Source of the DNA: an uncultured Pseudohongiella sp.
GTDB taxonomy: Bacteria > Pseudomonadota > Gammaproteobacteria > Pseudomonadales > Pseudohongiellaceae
Direction: 5' to 3'
Assembly (NCBI GenBank): GCA_965267495.1
Contig: OZ254078.1
Location: 2,766,145-2,830,144, forward strand
Length of the DNA stretch: 64,000 bases
The notes beneath the pieces are model-generated. The model saw only the letters and a list, made by a program, of their open reading frames with translations, did no database searches and was not told where the DNA came from. Both the position numbers and the translations under genes were made by a program. Of this stretch, positions 27,478 to 37,515 are shown in pieces. The number at the start of each line of letters is the position of its first letter. The first letter of the stretch is position 1.

Positions 27478-28011
27478 TTACTTCTTCTTCGCTTCTTTTC
27501 TGTAAACGCGCTCGTCTACATAGCGAATGCCCTTACCCTTGTATGGCTCGGGTGGTCTGAATTCGCGAATCTCAGCTGCTACCTGCCCTACTAGTTGCTT
27601 GTCTGCACCTGTGATAACAATTTCTGTCTGTGAAGGGGTTTCCGCTTTCACACCTTCTGGCAATTTGTAGTCAATAGGATGGGAATAACCGACGGTCAGG
27701 TTTACTGTTTGACCAGAGGCTTTGGCTCGATAACCAACTCCCTGCAACTCCAGCTTCTTCTCGAAGCCTTCACTCACTCCAACAACCATATTGTTGATCA
27801 GCGCACGGAAAGTACCTGCCATAGCGTTGGCAGTGCGCGATTCATCCCGGGCACTGACTTTCAGTTCTTCACCTTCCTGCGCAACCCCAACCAGCGCGTG
27901 TAGCGCGAGCTCCAGAGAGCCTTTTCCGCCTTTCACAGAGATCTGAGAAGCGCTGATGGTCGCCTCGACACCCTTGGGTAGTGCTACTGGTGCATTTGCT
28001 ATTCTGGACAT
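27478..28011 (-). CDS. rplF: 50S ribosomal protein L6
   Basis: 177 aa. [16 protein letters not shown]... is conserved L6 sequence. Confidence 0.97.
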   Translation of the reverse strand: MSRIANAPVALPKGVEATISASQISVKGGKGSLELALHALVGVAQEGEELKVSARDESRTANAMAGTFRALINNMVVGVSEGFEKKLELQGVGYRAKASGQTVNLTVGYSHPIDYKLPEGVKAETPSQTEIVITGADKQLVGQVAAEIREFRPPEPYKGKGIRYVDERVYRKEAKKK

Positions 28012-28049
28012 TGCTACGTCACTCTTTCCTAAATTTCACAGGCACCGGC

Positions 28050-28445
28050 TTAGAAAACGGTGCAAAGTACCTCACCACCGATTCCAGCGGCCTCCGCCTG
28101 ACGATCAGTCATCAGGCCTTTGTTCGTGGACATGATTGCGATGCCCAGACCAGCGCGATTCTTTGGTATATCTTCCTTGCCTTTGTATGCTCGAAGACCA
28201 GGACGGCTAACACGCTTGATCTCCTCGATCACTGGCTTGCCCTGAAAGTACTTGAGCTCTACATTAATCGTTGGTTTGCCACCCTCTTCCTTAATGGCGT
28301 ATCCACTGATATAGCCCTCATCCTGTAATACCTTGCTGATCGCTTCCTTGATCTTGGAAGAAGGACAGCTCACATTCGGTAACTGCGCCATTTGCGCATT
28401 GCGAATACGGGTCAAAAAATCTGCAATTGGGTCTGACATGCTCAT
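28050..28445 (-). CDS. rpsH: 30S ribosomal protein S8
   Basis: [18 protein letters not shown]... is the conserved S8 N-terminus. Confidence 0.97.
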   Translation of the reverse strand: MSMSDPIADFLTRIRNAQMAQLPNVSCPSSKIKEAISKVLQDEGYISGYAIKEEGGKPTINVELKYFQGKPVIEEIKRVSRPGLRAYKGKEDIPKNRAGLGIAIMSTNKGLMTDRQAEAAGIGGEVLCTVF

Positions 28446-28459
28446 AATTCGTTTCTCGC

Positions 28460-28765
28460 TTACCAGCTTGCCTTGGTCAGGCCTGGAACATCTCCGCGCA
28501 TGGCGGCTTCACGCAACTTGTTTCGACACAGCCCAAACTTGCGATACACACCGTGGGGGCGACCTGTTACACGACAACGACGCTGTTGACGAATGGGGCT
28601 GGCATCTCGCGGCATTTTTTGCAGCTTGATCTGTGCCTGCCATTTCTCATCATCGCTGGCATTGACGTCCTTCAGAACGGCTTTCAGTTCAGCACGCTTG
28701 GCCGCGTACTTTTCAACCGTTCTCGCTCGCTTGTTCTCTCGGGCTATCATCGAAGCTTTAGCCAT
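28460..28765 (-). CDS. rpsN: 30S ribosomal protein S14
   Basis: I chose ATG 28765, giving [14 protein letters not shown]...GLTKASW (101 aa), the canonical S14 length. The 153-aa ORF-track version reads through the rplE tail in another frame. Confidence 0.95.
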   Translation of the reverse strand: MAKASMIARENKRARTVEKYAAKRAELKAVLKDVNASDDEKWQAQIKLQKMPRDASPIRQQRRCRVTGRPHGVYRKFGLCRNKLREAAMRGDVPGLTKASW

Positions 28766-28766
28766 A

Positions 28767-29453
28767 TCAGGATTCCTCTTTACCTTCATCCGCAGAATCA
28801 TCTGCCTCAGGTGCTTCTTCTGCTGCGGGTGCTTCTTCTGCAGGTGCTTCCTCCGGGGCAGCTTCCTGCTGTGCTTCAGGTTTCTTGTCTTCTTTCTCGT
28901 CCGCGCTTGGCGCCATGCCACGGAAAGGAAAACGCATGGCTGTCAGTAAGGCACGACCTTCATCATCATTCTGTGCTGTCGTAGTAATAGTGATATCCAA
29001 TCCACGCAAGGTGTCGATCTTGTCATAATCGATTTCGGGGAAAATAATCTGCTCATTCACTCCCATGGCAAAATTACCGCGGCCATCGAATGACTTCGGG
29101 CTAAGACCACGGAAGTCGCGAATACGTGGTATCGCGATACCTACCAGACGCTCAAGGAACTCATACATACGCTCGCCACGCAGAGTGACTTTCAAACCAA
29201 TTGGCCAACCTTCACGAATCTTGAATCCCGCGATACTCTTTCTCGCTTTGGTCACAACAACTTTCTGACCACTGATCATTTCCAGATCATTCGCCGCATT
29301 CTCTAGGATCTTCTTGTCGGCCACAGCCTCGCCCAAACCCATGTTCAGAACCACCTTGGTGATTTTTGGGACGCGCATAGGATTGCCGAAGCCAAACTGC
29401 TGCATTAGCGCAGGGGCCACTTCTTTCTGGTAATACTCTCTAAACTGAGCCAT
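28767..29453 (-). CDS. rplE: 50S ribosomal protein L5 with a ~47-aa acidic C-terminal extension
   Basis: The L5 core runs up to ...[11 protein letters not shown]. The ORF then continues [49 protein letters not shown]. The stop (28767-28769) is 1 nt from the rpsN ATG. Confidence 0.93.
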   Translation of the reverse strand: MAQFREYYQKEVAPALMQQFGFGNPMRVPKITKVVLNMGLGEAVADKKILENAANDLEMISGQKVVVTKARKSIAGFKIREGWPIGLKVTLRGERMYEFLERLVGIAIPRIRDFRGLSPKSFDGRGNFAMGVNEQIIFPEIDYDKIDTLRGLDITITTTAQNDDEGRALLTAMRFPFRGMAPSADEKEDKKPEAQQEAAPEEAPAEEAPAAEEAPEADDSADEGKEES

Positions 29454-29455
29454 GA

Positions 29456-29770
29456 CTAATCTATTTCCTGACCGTTTGATCTGAAGACGCGCTTCTTCTC
29501 ACCGTCTTCCAACACCTTGATACCGACGCGATCAGCTTTGTCGGTCTCAGAATTAAAAATCGCCACATTGGAGATATGCAACGGTGCTTCCTTCTCCACG
29601 ATGCCACCTGGTTGTCCCGCATTCGGGTTTGGTTTGGTGTGACGCTTTACCATATTCACACCATGAACCAGCACCTGATCATCACCAACCAATTGAGAGA
29701 TAGTGCCGCGCTTGCCTTTGTCCTTTCCGGCGATAACAATTACTTCATCATCACGTCTTAATCTGTTCAT
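29456..29770 (-). CDS. rplX: 50S ribosomal protein L24
   Basis: 104 aa with a KOW motif ([15 protein letters not shown]). Confidence 0.96.
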   Translation of the reverse strand: MNRLRRDDEVIVIAGKDKGKRGTISQLVGDDQVLVHGVNMVKRHTKPNPNAGQPGGIVEKEAPLHISNVAIFNSETDKADRVGIKVLEDGEKKRVFRSNGQEID

Positions 29771-29818
29771 CTTTCTTTCTCTGCTCTATCTCTCAGCTCT
29801 ACTCTGGCGCCGGATTAC

Positions 29819-30187
29819 TTAAAGTACTTCCGGTGCCAGCGAAATAATTCGCATAAATTTTTCGTTGCGCAGCTCACGGGTAACCGGACCAAATACACGG
29901 GTACCAATGGGCGCTTCCTGGTTGTTCAACAAGATCGCTGCATTGTCGTCAAATCGAATCAAAGAGCCATCGCCACGACGAACACCTTTCTTGGTGCGAA
30001 CAACCAGCGCATTAAGCACCTGTCCCTTTTTCACCTTGCCGCGAGGAATTGCTTCCTTCACAGTGACCTTGATGACATCACCAATACGTGCATAACGGCG
30101 ATGAGATCCACCCAGCACCTTGATGCACATTACGCGTCTAGCGCCGCTGTTGTCGGCAACATCCAAATATGACTGCACTTGAATCAT
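29819..30187 (-). CDS. rplN: 50S ribosomal protein L14
   Basis: Start at ATG 30187, giving [18 protein letters not shown]... (122 aa, the canonical length). Confidence 0.96.
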   Translation of the reverse strand: MIQVQSYLDVADNSGARRVMCIKVLGGSHRRYARIGDVIKVTVKEAIPRGKVKKGQVLNALVVRTKKGVRRGDGSLIRFDDNAAILLNNQEAPIGTRVFGPVTRELRNEKFMRIISLAPEVL

Positions 30188-30244
30188 CGATTCGCTCCAT
30201 CTGGTACCCAATCAACGGGTACAGACCTATTACCTCTAATACTG

Positions 30245-30529
30245 TTAAACCTGGGTCGCTCTTTCGTCTATGGAAACGAGAGACCAGGACTTGTTCTTGG
30301 AAATCGGACGTACTTCCTTGATGGTGACTTCATCACCAATCAAGCAGTCGTTGTTGGCATCATGGGCCTGTATCTTGGTGGATCGCTTGATGATCTTGCC
30401 GTATACAGGGTGTTTCACCCGACGCTCCACCAATACAACGATGGACTTGTCCATCTTGTTGCTTACAACTCTGCCGGATGCTGTGCGTGCCAGCGTTTCC
30501 TGGCTGCTTTGAATTTCACTGTCCGCCAT
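30245..30529 (-). CDS. rpsQ: 30S ribosomal protein S17
   Basis: Conserved core [27 protein letters not shown]. Confidence 0.96.
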   Translation of the reverse strand: MADSEIQSSQETLARTASGRVVSNKMDKSIVVLVERRVKHPVYGKIIKRSTKIQAHDANNDCLIGDEVTIKEVRPISKNKSWSLVSIDERATQV

Positions 30530-30531
30530 GA

Positions 30532-30729
30532 TTAACCTTCACTCTTCTGTTTCTCAGTGATGATGGTCTTGATGCGAGCAATATCGCTCTTCACATCGCC
30601 AATCAGATGTACCTGACCGAGCTGACCAGTTGTGTTCTGCATGCGATAGTTAAACTGATCCTTATAGAGCTCCTGCAACTGGGTCTGCAGTTCGTCTATT
30701 GATTTCTCTCTCAACTCGCTCGCTTTCAT
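30532..30729 (-). CDS. rpmC: 50S ribosomal protein L29
   Basis: [18 protein letters not shown].... The ATG at 30729 overlaps the rplP TGA by 1 nt. The GTG at 30732 is the ORF-track start. Confidence 0.95.
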   Translation of the reverse strand: MKASELREKSIDELQTQLQELYKDQFNYRMQNTTGQLGQVHLIGDVKSDIARIKTIITEKQKSEG

Positions 30730-31142
30730 CACATCACCGTTCGCTTAACGAAAGTAGTGTCGAAAGGCAGCTTGGCTGAAGCAAGAGAAAACGCCTCCCG
30801 AGCCAATTCTTCATCGACACCTTCAATTTCAAACATGATTCGGCCTGGCTGAATCTGGGCAACCCAGTATTCAACGGAGCCCTTACCTTTACCCTGACGC
30901 ACTTCCAGTGGCTTCTGGGTAATCGGCTTGTCCGGAAATACACGAATCCAGATCTTCGCACCACGCTTCACTTTTCGGGTCATGGCACGTCGTGCCGCCT
31001 CGATCTGCCGCGCAGTGAGTCGACCACGGGACACGGCCTTCAGGCCATATTCACCGAAATCTACTTTGCTGCCTCGATGTGCCAGACCACGATTACGGCC
31101 CTTTTGCATCTTGCGAAATTTTGTACGCTTGGGTTGTAACAC
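30729..31142 (-). CDS. rplP: 50S ribosomal protein L16
   Basis: [19 protein letters not shown]... is conserved L16 sequence. Confidence 0.97.
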   Translation of the reverse strand: MLQPKRTKFRKMQKGRNRGLAHRGSKVDFGEYGLKAVSRGRLTARQIEAARRAMTRKVKRGAKIWIRVFPDKPITQKPLEVRQGKGKGSVEYWVAQIQPGRIMFEIEGVDEELAREAFSLASAKLPFDTTFVKRTVM

Positions 31143-31154
31143 GTCTTTCTACCT

Positions 31155-31823
31155 CTAATTCGCCGCGGGCTGTGTCGGCACAATCGCCTCATCCAGGTCC
31201 AGAATCTCACCTTTGAAGATCCACACTTTTACGCCGATGATGCCGTAAGTAGTGCTAGCTTCAGAGGTGGCGTAATCGATATCTGCACGCAGGGTATGCA
31301 AAGGCACACGCCCTTCGCGGTACCACTCAGAACGCGCAATTTCAGCGCCTCCCAGTCGACCACCTACCTGCACTTTGATTCCCTCAGCGCCCTGGCGCAT
31401 GGCGTTTTGAACAGCACGCTTCATAGCACGGCGAAACATCACCCGGCGCTCGAGCTGCTGCGCAACACTGTCTGCAACCAGCTGTGCGTCGAGATCCGGC
31501 TTACGGACCTCTTCAATATTGATCTGTACTGGTACACCCATTTTCTGGGACAGAATGCCACGGAGTTTTTCTACATCTTCACCCTTCTTGCCGATGACAA
31601 TACCGGGTCGCGCGGTATAAACAGTCAACTTGGCGGTTTGGGCTGGACGCTCAATTTCTACCCGGGATACGGAAGCATTAGCCAATCGCTTCTTGACGAA
31701 ATCCCGAACCTGTAAATCATTCAGCAGGTTATCAGCATATTCTTTCCCTTCGGCAAACCAGGTAGAGGTATGTCTCTTCACGATGCCAAGGCGAATGCCT
31801 GTTGGATGTACCTTTTGGCCCAT
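31155..31823 (-). CDS. rpsC: 30S ribosomal protein S3
   Basis: [16 protein letters not shown]... is conserved S3 sequence. Confidence 0.97.
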   Translation of the reverse strand: MGQKVHPTGIRLGIVKRHTSTWFAEGKEYADNLLNDLQVRDFVKKRLANASVSRVEIERPAQTAKLTVYTARPGIVIGKKGEDVEKLRGILSQKMGVPVQINIEEVRKPDLDAQLVADSVAQQLERRVMFRRAMKRAVQNAMRQGAEGIKVQVGGRLGGAEIARSEWYREGRVPLHTLRADIDYATSEASTTYGIIGVKVWIFKGEILDLDEAIVPTQPAAN

Positions 31824-31835
31824 TACGTTTTACTC

Positions 31836-32165
31836 CTAATCCGCGACCGTGATGGTGATATGACAGGATCGCTTCAGAATGCGATCTGCACGGCCCTTGG
31901 CTCTGGGCATAATGCGCTTCATTGTCATACCTTCATCAACATAAATAGTTGCTACCTTTAGCTCATCCACGTCTGCACCTTCGTTGTGCTCTGCGTTTGC
32001 AATCGCGGAATTTAAAACCTTCCTAATAATGCCTGCGCCCTTCTTGGTGCTAAAACTGAGCAACTCAAGCGCTTCTTCAACGCCCTTGCCTCGAATCTGG
32101 TCAGCAACCAGTCTTGCTTTCTGGGCTGACAGGCGGGCGCCTTTTAATTTTGCTGAAACTTGCAT
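31836..32165 (-). CDS. rplV: 50S ribosomal protein L22
   Basis: 109 aa with conserved L22 sequence, in the S10 operon position. Confidence 0.96.
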   Translation of the reverse strand: MQVSAKLKGARLSAQKARLVADQIRGKGVEEALELLSFSTKKGAGIIRKVLNSAIANAEHNEGADVDELKVATIYVDEGMTMKRIMPRAKGRADRILKRSCHITITVAD

Positions 32166-32174
32166 CGTAAACTC

Positions 32175-32447
32175 CTAGCGCGCCTTCTTGTCCGCAGCAT
32201 GGCCACGATAAGTGCGTGTCTGAGCAAACTCACCCAATTTGTGGCCAACCATATCTTCGCTAATAAACACAGGCACATGCTGTCGACCGTTGTGTACCGC
32301 AATGGTCAAACCGATCATCTCCGGAGAGATCATGGAACGACGCGACCAGGTTTTGATGGGTCGCTTGTCATTGTTCTCAACAGCAGTCTGTACTTTCTTC
32401 ATCAAGTGAAGATCAAGAAACGGACCTTTTTTAAGTGAACGTGGCAC
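32175..32447 (-). CDS. rpsS: 30S ribosomal protein S19
   Basis: [19 protein letters not shown]... is conserved S19 sequence. Confidence 0.97.
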   Translation of the reverse strand: MPRSLKKGPFLDLHLMKKVQTAVENNDKRPIKTWSRRSMISPEMIGLTIAVHNGRQHVPVFISEDMVGHKLGEFAQTRTYRGHAADKKAR

Positions 32448-32471
32448 GAATAAATTCCTCTATCACTTGCC

Positions 32472-33302
32472 TTAGCGGCTTGATTTCCTGCGTCGGACAA
32501 TCATCTTGTCAGTACGCTTGTTAGTTCTTGTCTTGTAACCCTTGGTAGGTGTACCCCAGGGAGATACCGGATGACGACCTCCAGAAGTACGACCTTCACC
32601 ACCACCATGAGGGTGATCAACCGGATTCATGGCAACACCACGAACCGTTGGCCGCACACCACGCCAACGCTTGGCGCCAGCCTTACCCAGTGAACGCAGT
32701 GAGTGTTCTGAATTTGACACTTCGCCAAGCGTTGCTCGGCATTCGCTCAGTACTTTGCGCATCTCACCAGAGCGCAATCGCAAAGTTGCGTAGTCACCTT
32801 CCCGGGCAACCAGTTGCAGCGAGGTGCCTGCGCTACGCGCAATCTGCGCACCTTTACCTGGCTTCATTTCCACACAATGCACTGTGCTTCCCAGCGGGAT
32901 GTTGCGCAGCGGCAGGCAATTACCTACCTTGATTGGCGCATCATCACCGGACTGAACCACATCGCCTGCGGAGATCTTGGCCGGCGCAATGATGTAGCGA
33001 CGCTCACCATCGGCGTACAGCAACAGCGCTATGTTGGCAGAGCGATTAGGATCATATTCCAGGCGCTCAACCTTGGCTTCGATGCCGTCTTTGTTGCGAC
33101 GGAAATCGATAATGCGATACTTCTGCTTGTGGCCACCGCCCTGGTGACGACGAGTAATGCGTCCCTTATTGTTACGACCACCAGTCTTTGACTTGGGCGC
33201 AGTGAGGGGTGCATATGGCTCGCCTTTATGCAGATCGGGATTGACAACCTTGACGACGAAACGACGTCCTGGTGATGTCGGTTTTGCTTTAACTACTGGC
33301 AT
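32472..33302 (-). CDS. rplB: 50S ribosomal protein L2
   Basis: 276 aa with the conserved motif [13 protein letters not shown]. Confidence 0.97.
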   Translation of the reverse strand: MPVVKAKPTSPGRRFVVKVVNPDLHKGEPYAPLTAPKSKTGGRNNKGRITRRHQGGGHKQKYRIIDFRRNKDGIEAKVERLEYDPNRSANIALLLYADGERRYIIAPAKISAGDVVQSGDDAPIKVGNCLPLRNIPLGSTVHCVEMKPGKGAQIARSAGTSLQLVAREGDYATLRLRSGEMRKVLSECRATLGEVSNSEHSLRSLGKAGAKRWRGVRPTVRGVAMNPVDHPHGGGEGRTSGGRHPVSPWGTPTKGYKTRTNKRTDKMIVRRRKSSR

Positions 33303-33333
33303 GACTTAACCCTCTATCTACCTTCTTTCCCGA

Positions 33334-33633
33334 TCAACCGATCTCAGCAAAATCAATTTCATGCCCGGCTTCGAGTCGGACATAAGCTTTCTTCCAATTC
33401 TTGCGACGTCGAACCTTGCCGCGAACTGAGCGCTTGGTCTTGCCTTTCACATTCAATACCTGGAGATCTTCCACGATTACATTGAAAATCGATTCAACAG
33501 CCTGCTTGATCTCCGGCTTGGTAGCATCAACAGCAACCTTGAAGGCGTATTGATTGCTTCCCTCTGACATCAATGTAGATTTCTCAGAGACATGAGGCTC
33601 AAGGATGACTGAATACATGCGATCCTGATTCAT
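33334..33633 (-). CDS. rplW: 50S ribosomal protein L23
   Basis: 99 aa with conserved L23 sequence. The start of the gene overlaps the end of rplD by 4 nt. Confidence 0.96.
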   Translation of the reverse strand: MNQDRMYSVILEPHVSEKSTLMSEGSNQYAFKVAVDATKPEIKQAVESIFNVIVEDLQVLNVKGKTKRSVRGKVRRRKNWKKAYVRLEAGHEIDFAEIG

Positions 33634-34250
33634 GACAGCATCTCCTCAATCTTCTTAAGCGCAGGAACGGTAATCAGCACCTTCTCGAAACCAATCAGGC
33701 TTACAGGGTCCACACCAGACACGTCCAACACATCAACCTTGTGAAGGTTGCGTGCCGCGAGATAAAGATTTTTTTCTACTTGATCTGAAACGATCAGGAC
33801 GTTGTCGAGTTCGAACTCTTTAAGCTTGTTAACCAAGTCTTTTGTTTTATGGCTTTCGACTGTGAAATCATTAACGGCAATCAGTCGTTCTTGCCGGATC
33901 AGTTCTGAGAGAATGCATTGCATTGCTCCGCGGTACATCTTCTTGTTCAGTTTCTTGCTGTAGTCCTGCGGACGTGCTGCGAAGGTCACACCACCGCTGC
34001 GCCAGATCGGGCTGCGGATGGTACCGGCGCGCGCACGGCCAGTACCCTTCTGGCGCCATGGCTTGCGGCCGCCGCCCTGTACTTCGGAACGATTCTTCTG
34101 CTTTACCGTTCCCTGGCGCGCGCCAGCCATGTAGGTGACTACGGATTGATGAACCAGTGGCTCGTTGTATTCACGACCGAAAGATTCATCAGAGACTGAA
34201 ACTGTTTCTTTGCCCTTTTTCTTGCCGGGCAGTGCAAGTGCTAATTCCAT
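33630..34250 (-). CDS. rplD: 50S ribosomal protein L4
   Basis: 206 aa with the conserved motif [14 protein letters not shown]. Confidence 0.97.
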   Translation of the reverse strand: MELALALPGKKKGKETVSVSDESFGREYNEPLVHQSVVTYMAGARQGTVKQKNRSEVQGGGRKPWRQKGTGRARAGTIRSPIWRSGGVTFAARPQDYSKKLNKKMYRGAMQCILSELIRQERLIAVNDFTVESHKTKDLVNKLKEFELDNVLIVSDQVEKNLYLAARNLHKVDVLDVSGVDPVSLIGFEKVLITVPALKKIEEMLS

Positions 34251-34263
34251 GACTTACCTACCC

Positions 34264-34902
34264 TTACCTTTTAACCTTGACCGCCGGACGGACAATGACA
34301 TTTGACCCTGTTGCACCTGGTAGTGCTCCCTTGATTAGCAGCAGATTGTTTTCTGCATCTACCCTGACCACTTCCAGGCTCTGGGTTGTCTTTTGTTCGG
34401 AACCCATCTGACCTGCCATCTTCTTGCCTTTGAAGACCCGGCCAGGCGTCTGGCACTGACCGATTGAACCAGGCGCACGGTGGGAGATTGAATTGCCGTG
34501 AGTGGCATCCTGCATACGAAAGTTGTGACGCTTCACTCCACCCTGAAAACCCTTTCCTTTTGAAGTACCGGTGACATCCACTTTGGCACCAGCTTCAAAC
34601 AATTCCACGGTGATCTCTTTACCAAGTTCCATCTCTTCCAGGTCATCAGTGCGGAATTCCCACAGACCGCTACCGGCCTCGGCATTTGCCTTGGCGAAAT
34701 GACCGGCCATGGCCTTGTTGACATGAGAAGCCTTGCGCGAACCGGTAGTTACCTGGATTGCACTATAGCCATCAGTCTCAGCTGTTTTGATCTGAGTGAC
34801 ACGATTGGGCTGAACCTCCACCACGGTAACCGGGACAGAAGCGCCTTCTTCAGTGAAAACGCGGGTCATGCCGCTTTTTCGACCGACTAAACCTATCGAC
34901 AT
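34264..34902 (-). CDS. rplC: 50S ribosomal protein L3
   Basis: Start at ATG 34902 with AAGAGG 8 nt upstream, giving [16 protein letters not shown]... (212 aa). The ORF-track version adds 54 non-conserved residues that read through the spacer. Confidence 0.95.
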   Translation of the reverse strand: MSIGLVGRKSGMTRVFTEEGASVPVTVVEVQPNRVTQIKTAETDGYSAIQVTTGSRKASHVNKAMAGHFAKANAEAGSGLWEFRTDDLEEMELGKEITVELFEAGAKVDVTGTSKGKGFQGGVKRHNFRMQDATHGNSISHRAPGSIGQCQTPGRVFKGKKMAGQMGSEQKTTQSLEVVRVDAENNLLLIKGALPGATGSNVIVRPAVKVKR

Positions 34903-35090
34903 TGTTATAAGACCTCTTAGTGCAAGGGGCTCAAACCCGCTCTGGCCGCTGACGCGTTGCACTTGGTTTGCCGTCGCTTCGCCTCTTTCCGAGCCGGGAG
35001 GACAGCCAGATATTTCAGTGCGCCAAAACTTTTTAAAAAAGGGTAGCGAGGACTGATTACTCACTACCTGGTTATGTTATTTGCCAGGGA
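34903..35090 (-). promoter_or_regulatory. Unusually long structured rpsJ-rplC spacer containing a terminator/attenuator-like hairpin
   Basis: On the minus strand, 21 nt after the rpsJ stop: GGUAGUGAG-uaaucaguc-CUCGCUACC, then C and U6 (35035-35069). About 128 nt of GC-rich sequence follows before the rplC RBS. Confidence 0.5.
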
Positions 35091-35402
<312 letters not shown>

Positions 35403-35492
35403 CTACGTAAAACTCCAAAAAATCGTTGTAAAAGAACAAGTTACTGCCATCTTTCCTGGCCGTTGTTTTTATAATGCCAAAAAAGGATGCGA

Positions 35493-35521
35493 ATTTTATA
35501 GGGGTATGACTGGCTAGTCAA
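35493..35521 (-). promoter_or_regulatory. Sigma-70 promoter of the S10 operon
   Basis: On the minus strand: TTGACT (35516-35521), a 17-nt spacer, then TAAAAT (35493-35498). It lies about 90 nt upstream of the rpsJ ATG. Confidence 0.7.
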
Positions 35522-35670
35522 GGAAATGCAGGCCGCAAAGCCTTAAATTCTGGGGCCTTCAGCGGAGTTGTGGCTACTGCAAAATCGGGTGTTTTCCCAC
35601 TATTTATGTGGGATATTTTCGATTTTTTTGCCGATGCGCGTAAAATCCTTGGACACCGCTTATTCTTAGC

Positions 35671-36273
35671 TCACTGCACGCTGACGCCGCGACACAATGT
35701 CTGAAAAGCAAGTTCCGCCAGTTTTTCGTCTGAGTAGCCCTTCACAGTTCTCATTATCCAGGCAGGATAGAGCAAGGCATCAATCGCATTGACCACCCAG
35801 TCTGTGGCCAGGTCTCTGCTTACCGAACCTTCCTTCTTTGCCATCTCGACCAAAGCTCGCATGTCCTCCTGCTGCTCCTCATAGAGTTTCACCAGTTCCA
35901 GATCATCTGGAGCAAAGCTGCTGAGATTAATAATGAACTGCATTTCTTCGGCCAGGGGCACGATCGCATGATAGAACATGCGAATAGCGTCCAGGGCAGA
36001 TTTCGCCTCGTTCTCTATGTGTTCAGTGGCCAGATCAAAGGTCCGCAAGCAATCTTTTGCTATGGCAAGCAGCAATTCCTCCTTGGTCTCAAATGACCTG
36101 TATAAGGTTGCCCTCCCGACGCCGGCATGGCTCGCAATCTCGCTCATACTGGTTTCGTAGTTCTTGTTGAGCAACTGTCTCCCTGCCTGAATCAGTGCCT
36201 TTCGCGACTTTACAACACGGGCATCAGTATTTTGTGCCGCCGGGGAGCTTGAAGAATTCTCAGTTTTTGTCAT
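35671..36273 (-). CDS. TetR/AcrR-family transcriptional regulator
   Basis: N-terminal HTH (SMSEIASHAGVGRATLYRSFETKEELL). The gene is divergent from an MFP-RND operon. The ATG at 36273 is preferred; the GTG at 36279 is the ORF-track start. Confidence 0.85.
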   Translation of the reverse strand: MTKTENSSSSPAAQNTDARVVKSRKALIQAGRQLLNKNYETSMSEIASHAGVGRATLYRSFETKEELLLAIAKDCLRTFDLATEHIENEAKSALDAIRMFYHAIVPLAEEMQFIINLSSFAPDDLELVKLYEEQQEDMRALVEMAKKEGSVSRDLATDWVVNAIDALLYPAWIMRTVKGYSDEKLAELAFQTLCRGVSVQ

Positions 36274-36300
36274 AGCCACCTACTAGATTTATGAAACAGG

Positions 36301-36346
36301 GTTGTATCATAACTTTTAAAGAGATATGATACAACACTGTATCATA
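36301..36346. promoter_or_regulatory. Candidate TetR operator in the divergent promoter region
   Basis: Perfect 11-bp inverted repeat GTTGTATCATA (36301-36311) and TATGATACAAC (36325-36335), plus a third half-site TGTATCATA (36338-36346). Confidence 0.6.
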
Positions 36347-36375
36347 TATTTTGCTAACCGTAAGGAGTTTTTGCT

Positions 36376-37515
36376 GTGAACAGGCCACTGATCCGAAAAG
36401 GAAGACTCCTGTCGATTGTAGCTACGCTTGGATTTTGCGCAGTTCTGATTTGGACAATGAGCGGGCCGAATGAAGACGAGCAAGCAACAGTGAGTCAATC
36501 GCCAGTCTTGTCAGTAACTGTTTTGGAAGCGCGCCCCACCCAGATCACGCTCGGAGTGGAAGCACTCGGACTCAGCCAGGCACGTTGGCCGACTGCGATC
36601 ACAGCATCGGTTTCCGGGCGCGTAGAATTTCTAAACGAACATTTGAATCCCGGGACTTTGCTAAGCGAAGGCACCGTGTTGTTAAAACTTCAAGACGAGT
36701 TGTACCGCGCCGAACTTGCACGATCACACGCACACGTCGCGGAAGCGGAATTGCAACTTGCTCAGATAGAAAACGAACAGTATGTGCTAACAGAACTCAA
36801 GGAATCCACTTCTGCCTTTGGCCGTAGGGAACCCCATGTCAAAGCAGCGCAGGCACAATTATCAGCCCAACAAGCTGGTATCGAAAATGCAGAACAACAG
36901 TTGGCTAACGCGACTATTTCAACGCCTTTCGATGCAATAGTGGTCAGCGAAAGTGTTTCTCCCGGGCAGTGGATCAATGCTGGTGAAGAACTTTTTCGCA
37001 TCGCCTCGAGTGAGTCAGTGGACATCATTATTGAGCTGTCAGCAGATCAATGGCAACGCCTTGGCCCACTTAACAGTCAGCAATCGACAAAAATTATCAC
37101 ACCGGATGGAAAACAATGGGTGGCAAAGATTAGGTACATAAGTCCGGAGCTGAATCCAGTCACACGTCAACGAAGTCTGACTCTCAGTGTCGAGAATCCC
37201 TATTCCCATACAGATCCATTGCTGCCCAATCAACAAGTCCGGGCATTCTTAAAAGGGCGGATGCTCAGCCATGTTGTTGAAGTACCGGCAACTGCACTCA
37301 CAGAAGACGGAAATGTCTGGAGCGTTGGCGAGGGAGTATTGGTTAAGGAATCAATTGAATTACTGGATGAAACGCCGGAATCAGTTCTGTTTCGCTTTCG
37401 ACAGGCACCGGAACGCGCACGTACCCTGGTGCGCTTTCCAACGAGCAGCATGTTGAGTGGTCAGCGCGTAACTGAACGGATTGATACCTACAAGTCAGGA
37501 GAACAACGCTTGTGA
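36376..37515 (+). CDS. RND efflux periplasmic adaptor (HlyD/MFP family)
   Basis: 379 aa with an N-terminal TM anchor and coiled-coil hairpin (ELARSHAHVAEAELQLAQIENEQ...AQAQLSAQQAGIENAEQQL), then beta-barrel regions. It starts at GTG with AAGGAG 8 nt upstream. Its stop overlaps the RND gene start. Confidence 0.85.
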   Translation: MNRPLIRKGRLLSIVATLGFCAVLIWTMSGPNEDEQATVSQSPVLSVTVLEARPTQITLGVEALGLSQARWPTAITASVSGRVEFLNEHLNPGTLLSEGTVLLKLQDELYRAELARSHAHVAEAELQLAQIENEQYVLTELKESTSAFGRREPHVKAAQAQLSAQQAGIENAEQQLANATISTPFDAIVVSESVSPGQWINAGEELFRIASSESVDIIIELSADQWQRLGPLNSQQSTKIITPDGKQWVAKIRYISPELNPVTRQRSLTLSVENPYSHTDPLLPNQQVRAFLKGRMLSHVVEVPATALTEDGNVWSVGEGVLVKESIELLDETPESVLFRFRQAPERARTLVRFPTSSMLSGQRVTERIDTYKSGEQRL

